Positions 1 through 10,700 of a stretch of 64,000 bases of DNA are shown here, one piece after another (the stretch's first letter is position 1; the number at the start of each line of letters is the position of its first letter). A model generated the notes under the pieces. The model was not told the DNA's origin. It saw nothing but the letters and a program-made list of their open reading frames with translations, and made no database searches. Source of the stretch: Neophaeotheca triangularis (lineage: Eukaryota). The position numbers and the translations under genes were made by a program. Location: assembly GCA_054600435.1 (NCBI GenBank), contig BAAIJX010000004.1:1-64000 (forward strand), given 5' to 3'.

Positions 1-150
1 ACCCTAACCCTAACCCTAACCCTAACCCTAACCCTAACCCTAACCCTAACCCTAACCCTAACCCTAACCCTAACCCTAACCCTAACCCTAACCCTAACCC
101 TAACCCTAACCCTAACCCTAATCCTAATCCTAATCCTAACCCTAACCCTA
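1..150. repeat. Telomere, (CCCTAA)n
   Basis: 20 perfect ACCCTA units (1-120), 3 variant ATCCTA units (121-138) and 2 perfect units (139-150) at the very start of the sequence; C-rich strand at the 5' end, as expected for a left chromosome end. Confidence 0.99.
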
Positions 151-2340
151 CTACGACTTCGTACCTAGACTATTAAGCGCCTCTAGATATACTACTAAGT
201 ATAGAGCTCCTTATATACTATTTCCTACTACCCTATATCTAGCTATATAGGATGCCTTATCTAGGGCTACTATCGGCGAATTATAGTATACGAGCCCTAA
301 CGTCTAGTAAGTACTACGTACTATTACTATAGCGAGCCTACGTTATATCTAGGAGTACATTTAGGAAATCCGAAATAACGCTATTAAGGTATACGAGCTA
401 GCCTAGACATATTAGTAAGACGAAGAGAAAAGGGTATTTTAGAATAAGTCATTCTACCGTTTAGAAAGTTCTAGCTCCGCTCTACTACTATAGGATAAAG
501 GAAAGAGGGGAGCTATACTAGTAGGATAGGAGGAGCTTATAGAGGAAATATAGGATAAGGAGAACTTAATAGTAGTTTAGGGTAACGCGGCTACTATAGA
601 GTAGCGAGACTTTCTAGCTAGGGAGGGATATTATAGTAACTCCTATACTATATTTATAGGCATACTAGTTTTATAGTATTTACTTTATTATTACCCCCTT
701 TATATACCTATACCTCCCCCTATACTAGTACTTATATCTTAGATACCTACCTATCTAGACAGATATATATAGAATAAATAGCGACTAATTAAATTAGCCT
801 CTATACACTATAACTAACCTAACTAACCTCTAACCCTAACGTATTATTCGTAACCGTTACGAACAATCCCTAATTCTCGACTATACCTAATTCCTAATCC
901 TGCTACATTATTTATAACCGTTATAAATAATACCTCCCTAAGTAAAACTAGTCTCCTAGCTTCTCGGGTGTTCTTGCTACTCGATAGTATCCTCTTTACT
1001 TAACATAGTAACCCTAAAAAACCCAAAACCCTAACCCTAAAAAAACCCTACCCTAAAACCCTAACATATTCTAGTTATCTTAGCTCCTAAACTAGAAAGC
1101 GCTTATGTCTATAGTTTTCGGCTATTATAGGTAGGAGAGGTCCTTAGGTAGCTATAGTAGTATAGCGCTTATTACTTAGGGTTATTACTAGTTAGTTAAT
1201 ATAAGAGCGGGCGATTCGGTTACATTACTATATTAATTAGCCGTAATTAGCCTAGGAACTAGTAAGACGATATACGTAAAACCTACTCTTTAGCTATATT
1301 TATCCTATCGTTACCCGCTAAGTTAAGTAGTATCTTTAAGTTATCTATATTAGTTAAGAGGCGTCTATATTATAGGGGATTCCGAGGATATGTAGTTACT
1401 AAATCATGTAGTAGAGACAAAATTAATGTCGTCGAGAAATAGGAGTAGAGGTATAGTAAGGTAGAAAGCGCTCTTAACGCCTAAGGCGTTAGGGAATACC
1501 TAAGGCTATATATAGTATATAAAAGTAAATATAGAGAAGATAACGCTACTTATAGCTTATAGTGTTAAACCTCTTATAGTCGAAGTACTATTTATAGTAA
1601 GAATATATAATGTTTATATAAAGAAGCTTAAGGTTAAGGAATATAAAGCTAGAAATAGCTCGACGAGCTCGAGTAAATATAGTATAGTCTAGGGTAAGCT
1701 AAGCGCTAAGGACTCTTAGCTAATTAGGAACTATAATTGTTATTATTCTACCTATTCAAGTTATTATTCTAACTAGGACATTATAAACATTATTGTTATT
1801 CTAACTAGACGTAGTACCTATACTACATATATTATTATATGCTTTTTATTCTAAGAAAAGCTATCGATTAGTATATAACAAAAACGACTAATTAGGAAGG
1901 GGGATATCCTACTATAGTTCCGTTAATAGAGAAGCTCTAATAGTAGTCGATAGGGAATAAGATGTTATTCTACCTACTAGTATAGTAGAGGTTTTCTATT
2001 CTAGATAGGAAGGATACTATGTTTCAATATATTATTCTAGCTATAAGTAGACATAATAAGAGGTTTATTATTCTTATTCTAACTATAAGGAGACTATATT
2101 CTAGTATATTATTATAACTACTAGTATAATAGAGGTTTATTATTCTACCTATAGAAGAGGTAAAGAGGAAGGTCGGTTAATCTAACTATAGAAGAGGCTA
2201 TATTATTACTATAGGCTATATTATTGTTCTACCTATAAACAGGTTATTATTCTAACTACAAAACATAAATTTAGAAATCTAAGATTCGAAAATTCAAGTT
2301 TCGAAAATCGCTGAAAATGACCCAAGGTAAGTATAGGCGA
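151..2340. mobile_element. RIP-degraded AT-rich subtelomeric repeat or transposon relic (family not identifiable)
   Basis: TpA is visibly over-represented and CpA/TpG nearly absent; no ORF of 60 aa or more in the track; composition returns to normal around 2300-2500. Confidence 0.75.
1009..1065 (+). repeat. Interstitial degenerate telomere-like tract
   Basis: TAACCCTAAAAAACCCAAAACCCTAACCCTAAAAAAACCCTACCCTAAAACCCTAAC, same polarity as the terminal telomere; a smaller tract lies at 811-840. Confidence 0.8.
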
Positions 2341-2548
2341 CAGTCCTAGAAATCGAGACCACATCTTACTGTATCGACACTACGCCACTACCCGCGAACT
2401 CTCCAATTGAGCTTACGAACGTTATACACGACTTCCCGCGGGCGTCTCCAATGCTCGCTAGCCCTTCGAGTCCGTCTATTACATCTGCGCCGCGGCTTGA
2501 GTTTAAGAGCAGACAATACCTTAAGCTTGTTTCAATCTCCCTATAGCT

Positions 2549-2575
2549 TCCCGTTCGTCCCGTTCGTCCCGTTCA
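2549..2575. repeat. 9-bp tandem repeat (TCCCGTTCG) x3
   Basis: tcccgttcg tcccgttcg tcccgttca, just downstream of the PEP7 stop. Confidence 0.85.
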
Positions 2576-2637
2576 GATAGCTAGTGAGCACGAAGCAGAA
2601 AGCTGACAGTAGTTTCCCAACCCTAATGATGGTCCTT

Positions 2638-4883
2638 TCAACCCGCCTCTCCGGCTCTCCAAGCCCCGGCAAAGTCCATGTCCGCTAGCCTCCCTTGTAA
2701 TTGATCGATCTCTCGCTCTAGGTCCTGCAAGTTCACCGCCAAACTGCCCACTTCATCAAACTTGCGCCTCTTGTTCGCATCGGCAATCATTTCGGAGACG
2801 AAGAACTTTTGCTCTTCCAGCACAATAAGCCGTTCGCGGAGTTCTTTCTCTTCACTCTCGAGGGCTGTGAGGGCTGCCGAGGACGAGGTGGAGGAGTTGC
2901 GGCTACTGTCGAGGGAGGGGCGTTGTTGAGCCGAGGAAGGATCGAGGGTAGATTTTTTGATTTGCGCGAGGGAGGCCGGTTGGGGTTTTGAGCCACCTAA
3001 AGTCGTATCTGCGGTAGCTTTAGGTGAGGGAGCAGCCGGTAGACGACCGTTCGGGGTAGCGTGGCGCAAAATCTTTGGAAGTGATTTGAGCGGTAACATG
3101 TGGATGTGGAGGAAGTTTGTGGCTTGGGTATAGATGGCTTTCTGCAATCGCTCTTGTGTTGGGCTTGAAGTCGGGAGGTCTCGTATGCGTCGCGCTGCTA
3201 CATCGTACTGAGTAAAGGCATCCATGAGACGTTTGCGGACTTTGGTGGCGTCGGCAAGTTGGGCGGGAATCGGGGGTTTCTCGGGGTCCTGCAATGAAAC
3301 CAACAGGCGCTGAAATTTCGGTAATAAAAGACGAATGCCTTGCTCGAATTGTAGCAGGTTGTTGTATGCTCGCTGATCCGCGGTCGGCGTCGCGAGTTCC
3401 CGTGCAAAGTCGGCTTTGCTGAAAATGGTCCGTTGGCAGTCTTTGCACATGCGGACATCGACTGCTACTTTCCCTGCGGGCTTCTCTGAGTTTGCGTCAG
3501 CTACTACTCATCGTCAGTGGTTGCAAGAGAAGCAAGAAGACACTGCACCTACTGGTATCGACGTCTAGCCCGACCTCTGTCGAGCAGCTGGTGGTTGGGT
3601 CGCCGCAAACCACGCGACCGCACATTCGACAGTGATGCCTTCGAAAAGTGTACTGTGAGAAGGCCTGCTGGCAAAATGGGCACTCGGTTACCGAGGAATC
3701 ATCCTCCCATGTAACCACGCTCTGCTCCAGCGCCTTTTGTTGCGTTTTTGCGCCGGCGAACGTAGACCAAAGCATACTGCCGGTGCTTTGAGGAGGTTCG
3801 GGCGGTGGATCGGCGAGTAATTGTGTAAGTCGGGTCAGTCTCTTCTCCAGCCGACTGATCTCGAGGTATTGCTTGTCCACGGTTCTCCGCCTTGCAGACT
3901 TGAAGTATTCCATGTGACTCCGCTCAAACCCGGTATGATCGTTATAGCCAGGCCTGCACTTGTAGCATGTCTCGCATACCCTGCACCACATTCCTCGAAC
4001 CGGTTCATGCTGCGCCGATCTCGACAACTTCATCTGGTACATGGTGTGCTCTTCGCAAAACAGCTTTCCGCAGTGTCGACAGTTGACTTGCCCGTTCGCG
4101 GGACCCAGGGGCAGTTTGCACGACGGTTCCGCGCAAGCATCACGGCCAGTCGTTCGTTGCCAATGCGACTTGGTGACAACCTCATCTGGATCAATGACTG
4201 TGTCCTTTGGTGGTGGAGCAGGCGAGGGGGATGGAGAGATTCCACGGGTATCGTAGGAAGATGTGCGACCGTGAGCCATCTGGGCCGGGGTATCGTTGGC
4301 CTCGAACACTTCCAGCCCTTTCAGCTTCTGGTTCAGTACTGCCAGCGGCTGGAACTTCTTGGCCTTCTTCATCTGCTGCTCGAACCAAGTTTTAACCTCA
4401 TCCTGCTCCACCTCTTCCAAATGTGCATGGTTGTCGTCGATGTGTCTGTCGTGCGAGTCAGGCGTTTGGCCGCGAGGATTGTGAAGGGCGTCTTCTAGGT
4501 GGTCGTACCTACCTGTTGAGCTGTAACAGCGTCATCTGCTACCGTCAGCACTGTCGTGGGCCACTTGCGCCGGTTGCTAATCTTACCATCACTTCGTTGC
4601 ATATCGGGCACACCATCCGAGAGCTGGCAGATACCGCTGCCTGCCGGGAAGCATGCTCCTCCAACGCTGCCCGCGCCGATATATCCTCATGGTCGATGGA
4701 GAGGGGGGTGCTTGAGGTGTGGGAACTGAGTGAGACTGAGCTCTCGGATGGTGATAGAAGGCCCGGGTCGTAAGCTGGAGTTCTGCTGGCGCCGGGTATA
4801 GCTGCTGGCTGAGAAGTCGGCGGCGCTAAACTCTTGCCGTTGCCTAGCACCCTGCCGCCTCCAAGGCTCCTTCGAGAAGCCAT
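2638..4883 (-). CDS. PEP7: Vacuolar segregation protein Pep7/Vac1 (rabenosyn-5 homologue; C2H2 finger, two FYVE domains, C-terminal Rab-binding helix)
   Basis: Spliced model: exons 4883-4587, 4535-4513, 4445-3553 and about 3503-2638 with GT-AG introns. It gives CPICNEVMMTLLQLNRHIDDNH (C2H2), NCRHCGKLFC...RVCETC, WEDD...CPFC...RRHHCRMCGRVVC...CKDC (FYVE) and C-terminal LEEQKFFVSEMIADANKRRKFDEV. Confidence 0.92.
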
Positions 4884-5503
4884 GTCGTTGGACGTCACCG
4901 AAAGTGCATATCGAGGAAATGTGGTGATGGCGGATGGAGTGGGGGAAAGATGCTGTGGGTGGCCCTCACTTGAGGGAATCCGCGAGGCTGGAGGGGCAGG
5001 GTGAGGAGGAGGTGGACGTGGAGGGGCTGCGAGTGAGGTCGAGATCCGCCAAGGCTTAGGGCACCACCCTATCGATAAGCACCCGAGCTATAGCAGCAAC
5101 ATCCTCCGGTGAACGTCGACGGCCAATCATCAACTTTGAAGCCTACCTTATCACCAACAACACACTTTGAACGACGACAGAAGCAGGTCTTCCTCTCGAT
5201 AGACTGCCTAGGCAACTGCACACGATTGCTCAGGTAGGGAAATGATGCATAGGTACCGCGGCTGACTGTCATGGCATGCGAGGCCAGACTCGCTACCGGA
5301 GCCTTCTACAATCCGGTGTACCCTCGCTCCCCTCACGCCCCTCACATGATTTGGTGGGACAGCGCATAGCTGAGAAATGCCTACTGTAGCCAAAGCACTC
5401 AGGCTCGTAGGCTTTATGCGACTTATCAGAAGCCACTTTCTTCCTCGTCTCGTGTCAGAAACAACCAATTTTCGAGAAGAAGTTGCCAAAAGCAAGTTTC
5501 AAC

Positions 5504-7225
5504 ATGCAAACCACATCCCATGACTTGGTGTCCAACCCACAGAAAGAAACGTCCTCTAGATCGACTTCATCTACCAGTCACTACACACGAGTAGCTCGAG
5601 GTTCTGGCGCTTCGTCAGCAGTCTACACTTATACCGCGCTCCCAACTGCCAGTGACTACTTGAGACTCCTAGAAATGGACCCCGCCGAATCACTCGAGGA
5701 GCCGTTGCGCTGCAGATTGCTTACAGCCCATCGAGATGACGTCTCAGGGCAGTACTCTGCGCTGTCATACACTTGGAGCGGCAATTTCCGAACCGAGTCC
5801 ATCTTCGTTGAAGGCTGCGAGCTACATGTAACAAAGAATCTCCTCCAAGCCCTCCGTCGGCTACGCGATGGCAAACGCCGGAGACTTTGGGCCGATGCTA
5901 TTTGCATCAACCAAGACGACACTGAAGAGCGCACCCAGCAGGTTGCGCAGATGACTCGAACCTATCACGAAGCCCACGGCGTCATCGTTTGGTTGGGCGA
6001 AGACTCTGAACAAAAGGACGGCGAGATAGCCATAGAATTCTTCAAACACGTGTACGGAGAATACGTTAGCAGGGAATTTCTAAATTCCAATTTCGATCCT
6101 AGTGCGGACCGTTTGCGACGTCTCGACTGGGGTGCCTGGCGCCATTTGAGCGTGATTGACCCCATGTGTCCCAACATTCCATTACCCGAGCCAGCCGTGT
6201 ACCACGACGCAAAAGCCAGCTTCGATGGTGAAGTCCTACCCAACATTGCAGCATGCTCTAAAGCACCTGTCGCCACTCTGTCGCAAGCGCTCGAGCTGTT
6301 TTGGGACCGGCCTTGGTTTAGCCGCAAATGGGTCATTCAAGAGATCTACCTCTCCCGTCGTGCCTCTATGATATGCGGCCCCAACAAGATCAAGCTCTTC
6401 CCCGTGATGGCTTTCATCAGCATCATCTATGCTAGTGTTCGTGAGCTTTATGCTAACTACAGCCACGGTCCTCTCCGTCTCGTTGCCGAGGAGCGCAGCT
6501 GGTCACCCGGTGCACGGCCGGAACTCGACCGAGGCGACACTCTTGAGACAATGCAACAGCTGGGACTGTATGCCTGCCAGGATCCTCGGGACCACATCGC
6601 AGCCTTCCTGGGCCTGTGGCCCTCGCTGGGCTTCAAAGTCGACTACTCGCGGGAAACCGATACCGTGTACGTCGATTTTGCCACGCATATGGCCGAGCGA
6701 GGAGCGTGCATATCGCTGCTAGACGTAAGACTCGACACCTACCACACCAAGACAGCACCGATTGTCGAACGCCCTACGCATGCCACAATACCGAGTTGGG
6801 TCCCTGACTGGCGATACTGCACAGGTTCCACTGGTCTCGATGGTTTCCTTCGCATAACAAACCCTGATCATCCCGGCCGGCCTCTTCGCCTTCAAACCGG
6901 GAGAGTTACCCAAAGCAACGAGCTGATGCTCAAAGGCTACAAGCTCACGCAGATGCATGCGGCAGAGTCTGCGGAGGTCTTCAACGGTCGCTTGAAAGCA
7001 ATGCATTTGGAAGCTTTCTATCCGACTTTCTTCACCGCTTCTGTCATGGCGGGCGACGCTGTGCTGGTTCTTGTGGCTGACGACGGCGGATCCGGTGGTA
7101 TTTATCTGTGTCAGCACATCCCGGAGACTACCAACCATTACCGGCTTTTCTGGCGGATGTTCGTGCATCTCGATCACGAGCTTCCGACCTTTGATGCACA
7201 GCCCGAGATGATGGTGCTGGTGTGA
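5504..7225 (+). CDS. HET-domain protein (heterokaryon incompatibility, TIR-like; HET-6-like)
   Basis: Intronless ORF with HET motifs LRLLEM, YSALSYTW, LWADAICINQDD.EERTQQVAQM..TY..A..VIVWLG, WFSRKWVIQE, CQDPRDHI and PSWVPDW. Confidence 0.93.
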   Translation: MQTTSHDLVSNPQKETSSRSTSSTSHYTRVARGSGASSAVYTYTALPTASDYLRLLEMDPAESLEEPLRCRLLTAHRDDVSGQYSALSYTWSGNFRTESIFVEGCELHVTKNLLQALRRLRDGKRRRLWADAICINQDDTEERTQQVAQMTRTYHEAHGVIVWLGEDSEQKDGEIAIEFFKHVYGEYVSREFLNSNFDPSADRLRRLDWGAWRHLSVIDPMCPNIPLPEPAVYHDAKASFDGEVLPNIAACSKAPVATLSQALELFWDRPWFSRKWVIQEIYLSRRASMICGPNKIKLFPVMAFISIIYASVRELYANYSHGPLRLVAEERSWSPGARPELDRGDTLETMQQLGLYACQDPRDHIAAFLGLWPSLGFKVDYSRETDTVYVDFATHMAERGACISLLDVRLDTYHTKTAPIVERPTHATIPSWVPDWRYCTGSTGLDGFLRITNPDHPGRPLRLQTGRVTQSNELMLKGYKLTQMHAAESAEVFNGRLKAMHLEAFYPTFFTASVMAGDAVLVLVADDGGSGGIYLCQHIPETTNHYRLFWRMFVHLDHELPTFDAQPEMMVLV

Positions 7226-7420
7226 TGAAGAACTGTTTGACGACTGGTGAGGCGTTCGAACAATCTTGCCTATACATCTCTATTCGACATGGGAGGCACT
7301 GATATGCGAGCACCTGAATCAAATCGGGCACTGGTACAGTACCGTGCCCATCATCGTCACTACTACCGAATCGATCAATATCACCTTCTTCCGCTTCGTT
7401 AGGCAGCAAAGAGTCCCAAT

Positions 7421-7676
7421 TTGCAACTTCTTCTAGGAAGATGTTGCGCACCACTCCGGTTTCAACGATCGGCGGGTGCCTTTGGCCAATCGTTGCGGGA
7501 AAGAGCACCTTCAAGTGTGGGTAAGGGATGGTTTCAAAGGTTTATTGAGCGAAAAGAGATGGAGGCCGAATACGAAGGCTACGAACGATACGATTCGTGG
7601 TGCATGTGGTTTGAGAAGCTCTGAGATTACTCCCATGGCCATCCGCAAGCTTTGTGATCTCGTGGAAAAGCAGTAG
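7421..7676 (+). mobile_element. Possible degenerate Fot1/pogo transposase fragment (CENP-B-type HTH)
   Basis: Peptide LRERAPSSVGKGWFQRFIERK...WFEKL resembles the VGKNW..RF..R motif of fungal Fot1-type transposases; short, frameshifted, no TIRs seen. Confidence 0.25.
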
Positions 7677-7771
7677 CTATGAATAAGACGAGCGTGCAAA
7701 TTCCTGGACTCCAAGAGACATTTATATCGAAGAACCATGTAGCGCAATTGACCAACGTCGTCGTAGAGTCA

Positions 7772-10700
7772 TCACCAGCCAGCAAAGTCGTAGTATATCT
7801 TCTTGATTGCCTCATTCTTCCCGAAGCGATCGTCTACAGCTGTTCTGACTTCCCCTGACATGATTGACTGGTCAGCATGTTTGCGCAAAAGACCAACGAT
7901 CCCATTATGCCTTTCTTCAGACCCCCAGCTATCTTTGACCATTCTAGTAAGAGCGTCGCTGGTAAGACACAGCCCCGCGCGCTGGTCGAGTATGCGCTCG
8001 ACGTCTTCGAGAGGGGCTTCTGCGAGAATGTAACCTGTTACTCTTGGGGACGCTTTCGTCGACGGTTCGTGGTCGAGTAGCATGACCATCATCTCGGGCG
8101 TCATTGTTGAGGCCCCGCTGAATGGTCTCATGTATGACAAAGGGTCTCCGTCGTCCATCGACTTGTCTAACAGGGCTTCAAAAGCTAGCTTGCTCTCCGT
8201 CCCAACATGACTGAGCACAGTCTTGAGGTCATGTGCATTCTTACAGGCTCCAAGCAATGATTCCGTCACTTGTAGCTTTGGGTTTCGAGTGAACATGAGA
8301 GCAAGAGCAGCTGAAGGTTCGTCTCGAAACCAGAATCCGTACCGGGAGTGTGAGTCCCCAAGGCCTAACACCCGAAGAAAATTGGATTCCGTAGGCACGA
8401 GATGTCGAAATCGCATGAGCAAGGTTTCAATACACTCCTGCGCCAAATGGGAGACTGGCTCGATTTTGGTGCCGATTGTATCAATGGTGTCTGGGTCGGC
8501 GATGTACGACTTGTCATAGTCAAGTAGTCTCGTGACTACCTCGGACTGACCCACCACCGCAAACATTCTCGTTGTTACCTCAGAGACACGCGTTTCTTGG
8601 AGACACATCAGCCAGGCCGCCATCGGCTCAGAATCAATTGTCGAGGAATCTTGGGATCGGAGCAGTCGTATGAAGGCTTCTTCTGGCATATAGGACGACT
8701 CCAGACGAGCAAATAGAGCTTTTAGAAGTGCGTTCTGCTCGCTACCCGGTGGCATATCACAAGCAGATATCATTTCCGATTCCGAGACACGCGACGCTGG
8801 ATCTGCTTCGAGAAGGATCTTGACAATGATTTCGGCTGTAGCTTTGTCTACAGCTACAGCCTGCCTTCGCTCCTGGTATCTTGAACGTTTTGCCTCCGTA
8901 ATCAAAGACGCCAGCTTTGTTATGCTTGCCGTCAAAGCCGATGGACTTGGCTTGCCTACCGCGATATTGTCATAGCCATGCTTCAGTAGCAGCTTTACGA
9001 GTGGTAGAGAAGCGTTCTCGCAAGCAAAGTTCAGTGCTTGCATCTCAGGATCTCGGTCAGTTGGTGCTGCCATGCTGCTTCTGAGCATCATCGCCGCGAT
9101 ACTAGAGTGATTTTCTTTGACAGCGACAACAAGCGGTGAAGGTAGTACGCTTCCAGCTGGAAGGGTGCAGGGGTGAGGTCTCTGTGCGAGTATCTTGGCG
9201 CAAATCTCAGACCAACCTAAAAATGCGGCGAGAGAAAGTATGCTGCCAAAGCGGCCGGTCGCGTTTGCCAAATTTTTTTCGTGCGCAAGTAAGAGGCTCA
9301 CAATGGTTTTGCGGGCAGCGTTCTTCCGAGCGTCGGACAGGGGTTCCCAGAAATGACGCCTCGTATCCGGCAGTTCTCCCAAGTAAAGTTTGTCGCTTTC
9401 ACTGAGGGTTTTGCAGGAGAGCAACTTATTGGCAGCACTTGCCACGAGCGCTATCTCGATCGGGGTGCCATGTATCTGATGCGCGGCTCTCGAACCCGCT
9501 CCATTTGCCAGCAACAATTGTACTGTAGAGACGTTTCCGTGGGCAGCAGCGAAATGAAGTGCAGGCCGGGACTTCCCGTCCTCGTCGTCAGCGCGGTACC
9601 CTTGCTTAACGCCAATGCGAACGATGTCGTCGTTTCCCCTGACACAAGCTTCCACAAAGATATCTACAGTACATGGCACATGAGAGAGAACAGTTTTCAG
9701 AACCTCTGTTGACATGCCTCCCGTATCAAGCGAAGTAGTAATCTGCTCGTTGGGCAGATCGCTGCGTTGGCCCAAATTTTCCAGAATCGACGCTACTAAT
9801 GAGTGGTCCGAGAACTCGCAAGCGTTGCGAATCGAGTTGAGATGATCCGGGAAGGTCAAGAAGTTTCGCGTGTAACTGAAGAGCTGCTTCACTATAGTAG
9901 GGTGCCCATTGCAAACCAAGAACCGAACAGCTTCGCCATGTTCTCCATTAGGGGCGTTGCACTGTCTCAAGCGTTCGAGAAGATACAGTACGAACGAGCA
10001 ATCAGCTGTACGGCTTATAGTTTCGCACAGCTTCTGGATTTCAGAAAACTTGAGAACGCTTTTGACATGATCGAATATCTTCCTGGCAATGCCGGTATGG
10101 GACAGTTCTGCTGCGATTTCCATCGCTCCGACACATTGGCTGGCGCTCATTGGAGCGGCAGTCAGTAAGGCCTCAACGATAAGGGCGTCTCCTTGAGCTG
10201 CAGCAAATGCCAACAGCGACTTGATTTTGCCCGGATCTGGCATGATGTTGGATCCTTGCGTCAGAAGCAGCTTAACGATATGGAGATGTGCGCCGTGAAT
10301 AGCTGCGTGCATAGGACTGCCATGTTTGCCTTCTAATTGTTTGCCTTCTAGTGTCCATCTCTCTTTCTGACCTTGGATGTGCACATTGGCGCCTGCCAAA
10401 AGAAGACGCTCGACGACCTCCGTGTTGCCCCAAGCGCAGGCTTCGATCAGGATAGGTTGTTGGCCTTCATGCATCGTGTTGACATCGGCGCCAGCATCGA
10501 TCAACGCGTGAGCAATTGCAGCTTGTTCTTCTCGAACTGCGAGACTGAGAGGAGTACGCCTAGCCAGGTCACCGTAAATATCTCTTCGGTTAATACTTCT
10601 TCCTTTCGGAACTACTGTATCCGGATTGGCGCCAAACTCTAGTAGCAGCACTACAGTTGGGAAGCTGTGTGCATCAACCGCGAGCTGGAGTGCAGTACCG

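Noticed and set aside
1738..2260. Repeat-spacer pattern superficially like a CRISPR array
   Set aside because: Eukaryotic context, short degenerate repeats, irregular spacers and no cas genes.
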